Source: Kofleriaceae bacterium (GTDB lineage: Bacteria; Myxococcota_A; Polyangia; Haliangiales; Haliangiaceae). Taken from it: a stretch of 64,000 nt of DNA. Position numbers and translations under genes: made by a program. The notes below the pieces were generated by a model that did no database searches, was not told the DNA's origin, and was given only the letters and a program-made list of their open reading frames with translations. Of this stretch, positions 34,268 to 47,921 are shown one piece after another. How positions within the stretch are numbered: position 1 is the first letter of the stretch; each line of letters begins with the position of its first letter. Location of the stretch: positions 1 through 64,000 of the forward strand of contig JBKJLC010000180.1 in NCBI GenBank assembly GCA_046597055.1, given 5' to 3'.

Positions 34268-34773
34268 ACCGCCGCGGGCTGATCCTCGGGGTCGTGGCCG
34301 GCGCGCTCGCCTGCGGCGGCCCCGCCAACCCGGCGGCACCGGGCCGGGTCGCAAATGGCCCGCTGATCGCGCTCACGCTGCCGGTGCTCGACGGCGGCGC
34401 GCTCGATCTGACCAGCCTGCGCGGCCAGGTCGTGGTGATCCACGTGTTCGCCACCTGGTCGCTGGCGGCCCAGGGCGAGGTCGATGCGCTCCGCGCGGTC
34501 GATCAGGGCCCCGACGTCACGGTGGTCGGGCTCGCGCTCGACCCCGAGGGGCGGGTGCTGGTGTCACCGTGGCGCAACGCGAGCGACGTCCGCTACCTGG
34601 TGGCCCTCGCCGACGAAGACCTGCGCGCGGGCCGCGGCCCGCTCGGCCCGCTGCCAGTGGTGCCGATCACGATCGTGCTCGATCGCGCCGGCCGCATGCA
34701 CGGCCGCGTCGATCGCCAGATCACACCGGCCGAGCTCGACGCGATGATCGCAGCGGCGCGCGCCTCGTCATGA
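34264..34773 (+). CDS. TlpA/redoxin-fold lipoprotein lacking CxxC
   Basis: LDGGALDLTSLRGQVVVIHVFATWSLAAQGE, VPITIVLDRAG and lipobox ALAC; ATGA overlap with the antiporter. Confidence 0.8.
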   Translation: MNRRGLILGVVAGALACGGPANPAAPGRVANGPLIALTLPVLDGGALDLTSLRGQVVVIHVFATWSLAAQGEVDALRAVDQGPDVTVVGLALDPEGRVLVSPWRNASDVRYLVALADEDLRAGRGPLGPLPVVPITIVLDRAGRMHGRVDRQITPAELDAMIAAARASS

Positions 34774-34851
34774 CGCACATGTTATCGTGCCCGCCATGAG
34801 CGCCGCGCAGCGACGGAGGGTGGGCCCCCTGCCTGCTCCGCCGGTGAGATC

Positions 34852-35823
34852 ATGCTGAGGGCGACCGCCTGCGTCGCCCTGGTCGCGCTGAGTGCGGGCG
34901 TCGCCGGCGCCGGCAAGACCCTGCCGTCGCACGCGGTCGGTGGCATCGCGGTGACCGGCAACGCCGACGCCGGGCTCGGCCTGGCCGTGCGCAGCGCCGC
35001 CGAGGCCGGGCTCGCCGGTTCGACCCTCCACGTCTCTGCGCCCGCGGTCGCGAAGATCCTCGGCGCGGTCCCCGATCTCGCCGGGTGCACCGACGCCGCG
35101 TGCCTGACCCGGTTCGCCGCCGCCGCCGGCGCCGATCGGGTGGTCGCGGTCGAGGTCGCGGCCAAGGGCGAGCTCCATCAGCTGACCGTCCTGGTCGCCG
35201 ACACCACCGGCCGCGCGCTGCGCCGCCGTCAGGACGATTGCATCGCGTGCGCGGTCCCGGAGATCCAGGAGAAGATCACCGAGCTGGTGCGCGCTGCGGT
35301 GACCGCCGGCGCCGACGACACGATCGCCGTGGAGGTCGGGTCGACCCCGGCCGGCGCCGCGCTCACCGTCGATGGCACCGACCGCGGCCCCACTCCGTGG
35401 CGCGGCGAGCTGACCGCGGGCGCCCACGACGTGATGGTGACCGACCCGGATGGCCGCGCGATCCGCGAGCAGATCTTCGTCGACGCCGCCGGCGATGGTC
35501 GGTTCAGCGTGATCATCCCGGAGGTGACCTCGGTGCCGCGCCGGTGGGGCACGCTGCGCTGGGTGGCCGCCGGCACCGGCGGCGCCGCGCTGATCACCGG
35601 CATCGTGCTGCTCGGCAAGGACGGCGACGGCACCTGCGACGAGCCAGTCTGCCCCGAGCGCTACGAGTCGACCGCAACCGGCGTCCTCTTCGTCGGGACT
35701 GGGCTCGCGCTGGGTGCGGCCGCCGGCTGGATGATCTGGCAGGACCGCGAGCACGGGCACCCGACCCTCGCCATCACGCCTACCGCCGGTGGGATCAGCG
35801 CCGCGGTCGGCGGCCGGTTCTGA
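34852..35823 (+). CDS. PEGA-domain exported/membrane protein
   Basis: STPAGAALTVDGTDRGPTP..LTAGAHDV, CxDxxC motif and C-terminal GGRF. Confidence 0.85.
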   Translation: MLRATACVALVALSAGVAGAGKTLPSHAVGGIAVTGNADAGLGLAVRSAAEAGLAGSTLHVSAPAVAKILGAVPDLAGCTDAACLTRFAAAAGADRVVAVEVAAKGELHQLTVLVADTTGRALRRRQDDCIACAVPEIQEKITELVRAAVTAGADDTIAVEVGSTPAGAALTVDGTDRGPTPWRGELTAGAHDVMVTDPDGRAIREQIFVDAAGDGRFSVIIPEVTSVPRRWGTLRWVAAGTGGAALITGIVLLGKDGDGTCDEPVCPERYESTATGVLFVGTGLALGAAAGWMIWQDREHGHPTLAITPTAGGISAAVGGRF

Positions 35824-35886
35824 GCGACGCCCCTCGGGCTGGGCTCACTCGACGGTGCTGAACCGATGCCGCCGCGGCGGCCGCGT

Positions 35887-39048
<3,162 letters not shown>

Positions 39049-39260
39049 CTGAAGGCGGGCCCAGACTAGCACGCGCTCTCCCGCGTCACCAATTCATGGA
39101 TGGCCGGGAGCGTTCAGCCAGGATCTGTCAACCGGCGGGACCCACACCGCCGGGGTGTCAGCCATTTTCGGAGTCCCCGGTCGCGTTGCGCCGCAACGAT
39201 AGGTGCTCATAAGATGCGCGCTGCGGGACACGGACGAACCTCTGACCAGGATCCCACGAC

Positions 39261-40682
39261 ATGGCCGGTGAGCGCGTCCTCGTGATCGACGACAGCCCCA
39301 CGATCGTGCGGGTGGTGCAGCTCGTGCTCACCAAGGCGGGGTTCGAGGTGAGCTCGGCACCCGACGGCGAAGCCGGGCTCGCCGCCGCCCGCGCCCAGTT
39401 GCCCGACATCATCTTGCTCGACTTCGTGATGCCGCGCATGAACGGGTACCAGGTGTGCCGTGAGCTCGCCGCCGATCCCGGGCTGCGCGACGTCCCGGTC
39501 GTGCTCATGAGCGCGAAGGGCGACCAGGTCGGCGAGCGCTTCGTGAAGGTGATGGGCATCGTCGACTACATCACCAAGCCGTTCTCGCCCGAGGCGATCA
39601 CGGCGGTGGTGCAGCACACCATCGGCAAGTACGGCAAGGCCGGCGCCGAGCCGCGCGCGACCGCGGCGCCCGAGGTCGACGGTGCGCTCACCGCCGACGA
39701 CGGCGCGCCGGCCCGAGCCCAGGCGCTGGCTCAGCTGCGCACGCAGATCGCCGACGTGGTCGGCGCCCGGATCGCCGCGCTGTTCTCGCTGGCGACTGCC
39801 GCCCACACCGACCCGGCCGCCGCCAGCGAGGGCCGGATCCCGACCGACGCCTCCGCGATCGCCGACGCCGCGCGCTCGGCGCTCGACGACGCCAGCCTCG
39901 GCGCGATCCTGGGCGCCATCGATCTCGCCGCGTTCGACACCAGCGCGGCCTCGCTCACCGGCGACCTGCGGGTGATCCCGCTCGCCGAGGTGCTGCAGCT
40001 GGTCGATCACCAGGAGCAGTCCGGCGTGCTCACGGTCGCCCGGGGCGCGGCGCGGATCGAGCTCTACTTCCGGAAGGGCCGCATCGACCAGGCGCTCGGT
40101 CACGGCGTCGCCGACGATCTGCTGCTCGGCCGCTACATCGTCGACTCCGAGCTGATGTCGCGCCAGGACTTCGACGGCTTCCTCGGCTCGCGCACCGGCG
40201 GCGCCAAGCTGATCGGCGGCCAGCTGGTGAAGCTCGGCTACGTGGGTCCCCAGGATCTCAAGTCCACGCTCGCCCGCCAGACCAGCGAGCTGGTCTACGA
40301 GACGCTGCGCTGGCGCTTCGGTCGCTTCCAGTTCGTGTCGGGTCGCGACCTGCCGGCGCCGGTGGTCGAGGCCTCGCTCGAGCTCGACGTCGAGGCCATC
40401 CTGATGGAAGGCTTCCGCCGGGTCGACGAGTGGCACCTGATCGAGCGGGCGATCGACGACTTCGATCTGGTGTTCCTCCGCAACGAGGACGCGGTTGCCC
40501 AGATGGGCCGCGGCCGGCTCACCCGCGAGGAGCTCGCGATCCTCGAGCTGGTCAACGGCAAGAACAGCGTGAAGGACATCGTCCGCAAGTCGCGGATGGG
40601 CAGCTTCGAGGTCAGCAAGATGCTGTACCGGCTGCTGTCCATCAAGCTGGTGCGCCGGCGCGTCCTGCCGGTCGCGGTCTAG
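39261..40682 (+). CDS. Response regulator with DUF4388 (PatA-like) domain
   Basis: VLVIDDS, ILLDFVMPRMNG and YITKPF, followed by LTGDLRVIPLAEVLQL..SGVL and ILMEGFRRVDEW. Confidence 0.92.
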   Translation: MAGERVLVIDDSPTIVRVVQLVLTKAGFEVSSAPDGEAGLAAARAQLPDIILLDFVMPRMNGYQVCRELAADPGLRDVPVVLMSAKGDQVGERFVKVMGIVDYITKPFSPEAITAVVQHTIGKYGKAGAEPRATAAPEVDGALTADDGAPARAQALAQLRTQIADVVGARIAALFSLATAAHTDPAAASEGRIPTDASAIADAARSALDDASLGAILGAIDLAAFDTSAASLTGDLRVIPLAEVLQLVDHQEQSGVLTVARGAARIELYFRKGRIDQALGHGVADDLLLGRYIVDSELMSRQDFDGFLGSRTGGAKLIGGQLVKLGYVGPQDLKSTLARQTSELVYETLRWRFGRFQFVSGRDLPAPVVEASLELDVEAILMEGFRRVDEWHLIERAIDDFDLVFLRNEDAVAQMGRGRLTREELAILELVNGKNSVKDIVRKSRMGSFEVSKMLYRLLSIKLVRRRVLPVAV

Positions 40683-40695
40683 CCGCGGCAACGAC

Positions 40696-42405
40696 CTACT
40701 CCGAGACGCTGGCGTTGTAGCGGGCGTCCTCGCGGGTCGACGCGTAGACCTCGTACGAGGTCAGCGCGAGGTCGGCCGGCAGCTCGCCCTCGATCGAGAA
40801 GACGCCGTCGGGGCCGGTGACGCCACGGCCGATCGCGATCGGCGGGGCGCCGCGCGCGCCGGTGTGCACCAGCATGACGTCGACGCGGACGCCGGGCACC
40901 GCGGTCGCGCCGGCGTCGACCCGGCCCTCGACCCGCAGGAGCTCGCCGCGGTAGCCGACCGGATCGGTGAGCGTGATCGCGACCGCGGGGGTGAGCTTGG
41001 ACGGATCGCTCGGCCGGGCGCGCGGATCCTGGGTCGGATCGATGACGCCGTCGTCGGTGCCCGCGGCGGCCCCGGTGCCGGTGCCGGTGCCCTCGCCGAA
41101 CACCGCGTCCCAGTCGCCCGACGCGGGGCCGTCGCCGGCCGCCTTGTGGGCCTCCTCGAGCTGGGCGTCGGACAGGCCGCGGATGTCGCCCTCGAGCTGG
41201 GTGTAGCCCTGGTCGTACGCGGCCGGCTTGGCAAACGGATCGGCCGCGCGTGGGCGGTGGATCGTCTTGTCGGCGCCATTCTGGACCTCGAGCCGCAGCG
41301 CCGCGCCGCCGAGATCGATGCGCTGCCAGCCGCGCTCCGGGAACCACACCTCGACGAACGCGTGGGCCTCGTTGGTGACCAGGCGGGTCGGGATGCCGAG
41401 CGCGTTGGCCGTGATCATGAACGTCGACGACCGGTGCCGGCACACGCCGGCCTGGTTGCTGTACAGGTCCCAGAACACGTCGCCGGTCGGGTCCGCGATC
41501 GACTTGGCCTCGAAGCCGCGGAAGTAGTAGACGAGCTTGTTGAAGGCGTCGGCGAGGTCGGTCGTCTCCGACAGCCCGCGCTCGGTCACCGCCTTGCGCG
41601 CGATCGCCAGCACCGCCGGCGGCAGGACGGGCAAGAGCCCCTGGCGGAGCGCCAGCTCGCGCACCCGGCCGACCGAGTATGGGCGCCGCGGCAGCTGGGG
41701 CGCGAAGTAGCCGGCATCGGCGTCGGCGAGGAACACCAGGCGGTACTGGCCCCCGCTGCTGCGCGGGTCCGAGCGGACGTAGAAGTTGTCGGCCGAGTCC
41801 TTGCCGAAGGTGACCGTGACTGGCGGCTCGGTCTCGTACGACAGGATGCGCATGTCGGGGGCCACCGACGGGATCGCGACGTCCTTGCCTGGCGTGAGCT
41901 CGATCATGATCGAGGCCCAGAAGCGATCGCGGCTCTGATCGGTGGCGCCACCGAGCGGCAGGTCGGTCACGAGGTCGCTGCGGATGATCGCGGTGTAGTC
42001 GCCGGCGACGCCGTCGAGCGAGCTCATGCGCTTGAACGGCATCACGTCGGGGTTGAACACGCTGACGTAGTGCAGCGTGCCGTCCGCGCCGGTGTCGTAG
42101 TCGGGCTTCTGCGAGGTGTCGCGATCGGTGCTGAAGCCCTCGCGCCCGTACACCGGCTCCGACGACGCCTTGGGCGCCAGCTCGGGCTCCGGTAGCACCT
42201 TGTCACCCGACGCGAACGCCTCGGGGTTCTTGCCGGAGGTGGGCTCGGCGCCGACCAGCGGCGACGGATCGGCGTCCCCGCTCGGCGACGGCAGATCCTC
42301 GTGGAGCGTGCGCGGCCGCTTCGCCGACTGCTGGGCCCAGGCCGCGGCGCCCGCGGTGAGCATCCCGGTGAGAACCAGCAGGGCGACGGGACCGCGCATC
42401 GGCAT
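40696..42405 (-). CDS. Exported transglutaminase-like domain protein
   Basis: Signal peptide and the Cys-His-Asp triad GVCRHR / NEAHAFVEV / WQRIDLG. The ORF track over-extends the frame upstream. Confidence 0.87.
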   Translation of the reverse strand: MPMRGPVALLVLTGMLTAGAAAWAQQSAKRPRTLHEDLPSPSGDADPSPLVGAEPTSGKNPEAFASGDKVLPEPELAPKASSEPVYGREGFSTDRDTSQKPDYDTGADGTLHYVSVFNPDVMPFKRMSSLDGVAGDYTAIIRSDLVTDLPLGGATDQSRDRFWASIMIELTPGKDVAIPSVAPDMRILSYETEPPVTVTFGKDSADNFYVRSDPRSSGGQYRLVFLADADAGYFAPQLPRRPYSVGRVRELALRQGLLPVLPPAVLAIARKAVTERGLSETTDLADAFNKLVYYFRGFEAKSIADPTGDVFWDLYSNQAGVCRHRSSTFMITANALGIPTRLVTNEAHAFVEVWFPERGWQRIDLGGAALRLEVQNGADKTIHRPRAADPFAKPAAYDQGYTQLEGDIRGLSDAQLEEAHKAAGDGPASGDWDAVFGEGTGTGTGAAAGTDDGVIDPTQDPRARPSDPSKLTPAVAITLTDPVGYRGELLRVEGRVDAGATAVPGVRVDVMLVHTGARGAPPIAIGRGVTGPDGVFSIEGELPADLALTSYEVYASTREDARYNASVSE

Positions 42406-42534
42406 GAGGATACGACTGCGACACCCGGATGCCAGCCCGGGTTTCGCGAGTTCCATCCCCGTCGCCTCCTGCCAGCGGGTCGCGTCCGGTCGGCTCGGCC
42501 CGTCGCCGGCAGCCAGCGGGTAGGATGCGCCCGG

Positions 42535-45500
42535 ATGTCTGCTCCTGGCCAGGACCCCACCGCGCGGACCGCCGCGCTGGTCCTGGCGTTCGCCAGCGCG
42601 GGCGCCCAGCTCGCGGCCAGCGCGGCCGATGCCTGGTTCCTGGCCTCGTTCGGGCCCCGCTACCTCGGCGGCGCGATCGCGGCGTCGAGCCTGCTGGTCG
42701 CGGTCACGCTCGCCGTGGTCGGCGCGGCCAGCGACCGCCGCGATCGCCGCCGCACGCTGATCGTCCTGGCCGTGGCCGGGGCCCTGGTGCTCCCGGCCCT
42801 CGACCTCGCCCACCGACTCGGCGCCCGGCCCGCCGCCTTGATCGCGATGATCGTGGTCAAGCAGCTCCAGGCCGCGGTCGACCTCGGCTTCTGGGTCGCG
42901 CTCGCCGAGCGCTTCGATGCCCGCACCTCGCGCCGGCTGGTGCCGTGGCTCACCGCGGCCGGCGGCCTGGGCGCGACCGCCGGGGCCGTGCTGGTGATCC
43001 CGATCGCGCGGGCCGGCGGCGCCAGCGCGGTGCTGATCGCCGGCGCGGTGATGATGGCCGCGGCCGCGGCCATGACCACCCGGCTGCCGGCCGCGCGCCG
43101 GTTCGGCGCACCCGCCGCGGGGGCCGGCCTGCGCTGGGGCGGCGGCTGGGATCAGCTGCAGCGCCAGCCGCTCGCGCGCGGCCTGGCCGTGGTGGTCGCG
43201 CTCGGCGGCGCGTTCGCGTCGCTGGCCTACTTCGTCCTCGGCGCCGGGGCCGCGGCTCGCTATCCCGAGGCCGGCGACATGGCGCAGTTCCTGGGCGCGG
43301 TGCGCGCGCTGTCGCAAGGCTCGATGCTGGTCGTGCAGGTCTTGATCGCGCCGCGGGTGCTCGCCCGCGCCGGGGTCGGGGGCGCGCTCCTGGTCGCGCC
43401 GATCGGCGCCGCGCTGGCGTCGATCCTGGTCGCGCTCACCGGCGGGCTGGGCGCGGCCGCGCTGGTCCAGGCCCAGGCCCGGGTGCTCGACGGCGCTCTC
43501 GAGGCGCCCGCCGAGAAGCTGGCGCAGAACCTCCTGCCGGCCGAGATCCGCGGCCGGGTCGGCGGGTTCCTCGACGGCGTCGCCAAGCGCGCCGGCGCGA
43601 TCACCGGCGGCCTCGCCGCCGCGGTCCTGGTGTCGGCGCCCACCGCGTTCTCGATGGTCCTGGTCGGCGTGGCGGTGGCCTGGGCGGTCGCGGCCGCGGT
43701 GGTGCAGGCGCGCCTGCCGGGCTGGGCGCTGACCGCGCTGGGCGGCGCGCACCCGACCCGCGATGACGGCGACGAGGATGACCTGGTGCTCGGGCCCGGC
43801 GCCGCGCGCAGCATCGCGGCCGAGCTCGACCAGCACGAGCCGGTGCTGGCGGCCGGGGTCGCGGCCCGCCTGCACCACGCCGGCGCGATCGACGCGCGGC
43901 CGCTGATCGCCGGGCTGCTCGCGCGCACCGCGCCCGAGGATCAGCTCGAGGTCGCGACCGCGCTGTGGAGCTGCGTGCGCACGCCGGCGTCGACGCTGGT
44001 CATGATCTCGACCGACGCGATGGCCAGCATGACCAGCCGGGCCAGCGTGGCCGGCATGGCCAGCCTGACCGCGGTGACCCGGCCGCCGCGCTCGGAGCGC
44101 GACGGCAGCTACGCAGCCCGGGCGGCCGCCGCGGCGCTGCCAGCGCTGGGCGACGCCGCTGCCGAGTGGGTGGCGCGCACCGCCGGCGTGATCGCGCGGG
44201 GCGCGCGGGTCGACCTGCCCGGCAACCGTCGCGGTGCCGCCGGCGCGGCCCTCATGATCGCGCGGGCCCGCTCCGACGGCGAGGGCGCCGCGATCGACGT
44301 CGCGATCGAGCTCACGCTCGACGACCACGACCCCGCGGTCCAGGCGGTCGGGGTGCGCGATCTCGCGGTCGAGGTCGAGGCGCTGGGACCGGCCCCGGGC
44401 AGTCGCGGGTTCGAGCTCGGCCGCCGGCTGCTCCGGATCGCGCGCCGGGGTCGGCCCGGCACCCCGGTCGATCGAGCCCACGCGGTGACCGCGATCGGCG
44501 GGCTGGCCCGGGCCGCGCGCGGCCTGCCCGACGCCGAGGCGGTGCTGTTCCACACCGAGGCCTACGAGCTGATCCGCCGCCTCGCGGATCGCCACCTCGA
44601 GCTGGCGCCGGCGCCGGTCGCCGCCGCCGCGCTCGGCCAGCTCGCCGCGTGGTCGAGCCCCTGTCCGACCGAGGACGTGCACCTGCTCGCCGATGCGCTC
44701 GGCGACCGCGACGACGACGTGCGCGCCGCCGCCGCCACCGCGCTGCGCCGGCTGGGTCCGTCGGCCGCCCCCGATCTGGCGCGCGCCGCCGGCTTCGGTC
44801 GCCGCGCCGCCCGCGACCGCGCGCTCGCGCTGCTGCGCGACCTGCCGGTGACCACGGCGACCCTCGATCGGCTGGTCGCCGCCGAGCTGGACGCGCTCGA
44901 CCGCGGCGCGCTCCACGCGGCCGAGCTGGCCGGCCTCGGCGACCCGTGGGTGACCCGCCGGCTGGGCGAGCGCCTCGACGAGATCGGCCACACCACGCTG
45001 CTGCTGGTCGCCGCCCGCGAGCGCTCGCCGGCGATCGCCGGCGGGACCCGGCTGCTGCGCCACGCCCACGGCAAGGAAGAGCGCGCCCGCGCCCTCGAGG
45101 CGCTCGACGCCGCCCTGCCCCGCGCGCTCGCGGTCCGGCTGTTGCCCGCGCTCGACGCCGGCGACCTGGTCAGCCGGGCGCGCGGGGCCCGGTCGCGCGT
45201 GCGGGGCGCCGCGCCGCGCCGCGACGCGGTGATCGAGGCGGAGCTCGGCGGCGGCGACCTGCTGCTACGCCCGCTGCTGGTGCGCGCGCTCGGCGCCGAG
45301 CGCGGCAACTACCGGGCCGCGATCGGCGTGGCCGCCCGCGCCGCCGCCGCCGAGGTCAGCCCGCTCGACCTCTTGCGCCGGATCACCGCGCCCGACGAGG
45401 ATGGCGACGACGTGCCTGCCGCGGTCGAGAAGATGCTGCTGCTCGCCAGCCTGCCGATGCTGGCCGAGCTGACCACGCCCCAGCTCGTGGCGCTGGCCGA

Positions 45501-45801
45501 GCGCGCGCAGGTGCTCGACCTCGCCGACGGCGAGGTCCTCTACGCCGAGGGCGAGCGCCTCGACGCGCTGATCGTGGTCGCCGACGGCACCCTCGCCATG
45601 GGCGCGCGCCGCGTCACCACCGGCCAGGCGGTCGACGAGCTGGCGCCGATGGCGCCGCGCCCGGTCGCAGCGGCGGTGGTCGCCGCTGGCGACGCCCGAG
45701 TGGTGCGGGTGCATCGGGTCGACTTCGAGGAGCTGGTCGACGACGAGCCCGGCCTGGCCGCGGCGATCCTGCGGCAGCTCGGCGAACGCTTGCGGGCCTA
45801 G
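42535..45801 (+). CDS. MFS/Npt1-like transporter fused to HEAT repeats and a cNMP-binding domain
   Basis: About 12 TM helices (FWVALAERFDARTSRRL), HEAT repeats (ALGDRDDDVRAAAATAL) and a C-terminal VEKMLLL..EGERLDALIVVADG. Confidence 0.85.
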   Translation: MSAPGQDPTARTAALVLAFASAGAQLAASAADAWFLASFGPRYLGGAIAASSLLVAVTLAVVGAASDRRDRRRTLIVLAVAGALVLPALDLAHRLGARPAALIAMIVVKQLQAAVDLGFWVALAERFDARTSRRLVPWLTAAGGLGATAGAVLVIPIARAGGASAVLIAGAVMMAAAAAMTTRLPAARRFGAPAAGAGLRWGGGWDQLQRQPLARGLAVVVALGGAFASLAYFVLGAGAAARYPEAGDMAQFLGAVRALSQGSMLVVQVLIAPRVLARAGVGGALLVAPIGAALASILVALTGGLGAAALVQAQARVLDGALEAPAEKLAQNLLPAEIRGRVGGFLDGVAKRAGAITGGLAAAVLVSAPTAFSMVLVGVAVAWAVAAAVVQARLPGWALTALGGAHPTRDDGDEDDLVLGPGAARSIAAELDQHEPVLAAGVAARLHHAGAIDARPLIAGLLARTAPEDQLEVATALWSCVRTPASTLVMISTDAMASMTSRASVAGMASLTAVTRPPRSERDGSYAARAAAAALPALGDAAAEWVARTAGVIARGARVDLPGNRRGAAGAALMIARARSDGEGAAIDVAIELTLDDHDPAVQAVGVRDLAVEVEALGPAPGSRGFELGRRLLRIARRGRPGTPVDRAHAVTAIGGLARAARGLPDAEAVLFHTEAYELIRRLADRHLELAPAPVAAAALGQLAAWSSPCPTEDVHLLADALGDRDDDVRAAAATALRRLGPSAAPDLARAAGFGRRAARDRALALLRDLPVTTATLDRLVAAELDALDRGALHAAELAGLGDPWVTRRLGERLDEIGHTTLLLVAARERSPAIAGGTRLLRHAHGKEERARALEALDAALPRALAVRLLPALDAGDLVSRARGARSRVRGAAPRRDAVIEAELGGGDLLLRPLLVRALGAERGNYRAAIGVAARAAAAEVSPLDLLRRITAPDEDGDDVPAAVEKMLLLASLPMLAELTTPQLVALAERAQVLDLADGEVLYAEGERLDALIVVADGTLAMGARRVTTGQAVDELAPMAPRPVAAAVVAAGDARVVRVHRVDFEELVDDEPGLAAAILRQLGERLRA

Positions 45802-45827
45802 CGAGAAACCAACCTGAGCCGAGCGAA

Positions 45828-46604
45828 TCAGTCGGGCAACGCGCAGACGTAGGCGTCGATGAAGATCCGGTAGGTCGCCTCGGGGCACGGCACCTCGTAG
45901 ACGTCGATGATCGACCCGCACGCGCCGCCGGCCCCCACGTTGCCGACCCGCGCGGCATGGGCGCGGTCGTACGAGGGGCTGTCGTCGGCCTGGTTGCGGA
46001 ACGGTAGGCTGCCGTCGTCACACCGCGCGGCGAGCAGCCACTCCATCTGGGCCGGGATGCCGCACACCTCGACCGGCGACTCCTTGGCGGTGACGACGTC
46101 GCGGTACTTCCTGGCGCCGGCCCCGCGCCGCTTGGCCCAGTCGGCCGCCGACCGCCCGACCGGCGCGTACTCGCTGGTCTCGGCGCAGGTGCGGAAGGTG
46201 GTCGGCGTGCCGTCCTGCTCGTTGCTGAACTCGTTGAGGGAGGCCATGCAGGTGGTCGCGGCCTGGCAGCTGTCGTTGTCGAGGAGACAGCGGGCGGCCG
46301 CGGTGGTCGCGTCGCGCGCCTCGTTGCCGCGCTCCTCGAGCGAACGTCGCATATCGACCTGGCACTCGGCATCGGACAGCTCGTAGCTCTCGGCCAGCTC
46401 GCACCGCTGCCCCTTGAGCTCGAGGATGCGCGCGCAGATGCGCTCGGGCGTCACCGCGCTGCCACCCTGCACCGGGGCGCCGCCGCCACCGCCTGCCCGC
46501 GGGTCGGGCGCGTCTGCCGACGTGACCGGCGGCCTGCCTTTCGGGCCACACCCGGCGGCCCCCACCCCGACCAGCACCGTCACGGCCAGCTTGATTCCCC
46601 TCAT
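45828..46604 (-). CDS. Cys-rich lipoprotein of unknown function
   Basis: GGAGG RBS, lipobox AAGC, many Cys residues and a VEVCG..RVGNVGAGGACGSIIDVYEVPC domain. Confidence 0.8.
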   Translation of the reverse strand: MRGIKLAVTVLVGVGAAGCGPKGRPPVTSADAPDPRAGGGGGAPVQGGSAVTPERICARILELKGQRCELAESYELSDAECQVDMRRSLEERGNEARDATTAAARCLLDNDSCQAATTCMASLNEFSNEQDGTPTTFRTCAETSEYAPVGRSAADWAKRRGAGARKYRDVVTAKESPVEVCGIPAQMEWLLAARCDDGSLPFRNQADDSPSYDRAHAARVGNVGAGGACGSIIDVYEVPCPEATYRIFIDAYVCALPD

Positions 46605-46702
46605 CCCTCCCAGGGTACCAGTAGCGCCGGACCCGGACTGGCAACGACTGGCGCGGACAACTTTGCCGCGTGGGCGCGCGATCAACCATCTATCCTCGCG
46701 CG

Positions 46703-47896
46703 GTGACCGGCGCCGATCCACCGACCTCGCCGGTCGGGCACCTCAGCTACCGATGCCCGCACTGCGGCGCGGCCCAGGCGCTCGAGCCTGGCACCGACGC
46801 GCTGGCGTGCGGCCACTGCGGCCACCAGGTGCCGATCGACACCTCGGCCCGCGCGATCCACGCGCACGACTTCGCCGCGGCCCGGGGCCGGGCCCGCCGC
46901 GGCCCGGCCGGCGCGATCGTGCGAGGGGGCCACGAGGTCGCGTGCCGGCGCTGCGGCGCGCGCTCGATCACGATCCACCACGCCGGTCGCTGCCCGTTCT
47001 GCGACGAGCCGCTGGTGACCGACGTGGTGGCCGCCGCCGACGCGGTCCTGCCCGACGCGGTGCTGCCGTTCGCGATCGGCCGCGCCGACGCCGCGCGCCG
47101 GCTGACTGGCTGGCTGACCTCGCGCTGGTTCGCGCCGCGCGATCTGGTGCGCCGCGCCCGCCGCGACGGGATGGACGGCGTCTACGTGCCGTACTGGATC
47201 TACGACTCCGACACCACGACCCGCTACACCGGGGCGCGCGGCGCGCACCACTGGGTGACCGAGGAGTACCGCGACGCCAATGGCAAGGCCCAGACCCGCC
47301 AGGTCCGCCGGACCCGCTGGCACCCGGCCGCCGGCACCGTGCAGGTCGACTTCGACGACGTCCTGGTCCCGGCGTCGCGTGGTCTGCCCCGCGACCGGCT
47401 GGCCCAGCTCGCGCCGTGGCAGCTCGGCGACCTCCAGCCGTTCGACGGCGGCTTCCTCGCCGGCTTCGTCGCCGAGTGCTACTCGGTCAACCTCGACGAC
47501 GGCTTCACCGAGGCGGCCCAGATCATGGAGCGCCACATCGACGCCGCGGTCCGCGACGACATCGGCGGCGACGAGCAGCGGGTCCACGACCTCGACGTCC
47601 ACCACGCCGACGTGCGCTTCAAGCACGTGCTCCTGCCGGTGTGGGTGTCGAGCTTCCGCTACCGCCACAAGCTGTTCCGGGTGGTCGTCAACGCGCGCAC
47701 CGGCGAGGTCGCCGGTGATCGGCCGTGGAGCGTGCTCAAGATCGTGCTGTTCGTGCTCGCGGTGGCCGCCGCGATCACCGCGATCGTCCTGCTCGTGAGC
47801 TACCTGCGCGAGCCGGTGCTGCCGCCGGATCCGGAGCCGGTCTGGCACTCGGCGGTCGGCGCGCCGCTGAGCCCGACCCTGCCGCGGACGTCGTGA
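46703..47896 (+). CDS. Zn-ribbon membrane protein (CPxCG pairs; family often mislabelled 'primosomal protein N')
   Basis: CPHCG, CGHCG, CRRCG and CPFC; PDAVLPFAI, GVYVPYW, KHVLLPVW, VVNARTGEVAGDRPWS and a C-terminal TM. Confidence 0.85.
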   Translation: MTGADPPTSPVGHLSYRCPHCGAAQALEPGTDALACGHCGHQVPIDTSARAIHAHDFAAARGRARRGPAGAIVRGGHEVACRRCGARSITIHHAGRCPFCDEPLVTDVVAAADAVLPDAVLPFAIGRADAARRLTGWLTSRWFAPRDLVRRARRDGMDGVYVPYWIYDSDTTTRYTGARGAHHWVTEEYRDANGKAQTRQVRRTRWHPAAGTVQVDFDDVLVPASRGLPRDRLAQLAPWQLGDLQPFDGGFLAGFVAECYSVNLDDGFTEAAQIMERHIDAAVRDDIGGDEQRVHDLDVHHADVRFKHVLLPVWVSSFRYRHKLFRVVVNARTGEVAGDRPWSVLKIVLFVLAVAAAITAIVLLVSYLREPVLPPDPEPVWHSAVGAPLSPTLPRTS

Positions 47897-47921
47897 GCCG
47901 CCGATACCGCCGGGCCGGTCG

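Noticed and set aside
46703..47896. PriA helicase
   Set aside because: There are no helicase motifs, only Zn ribbons and a C-terminal TM.
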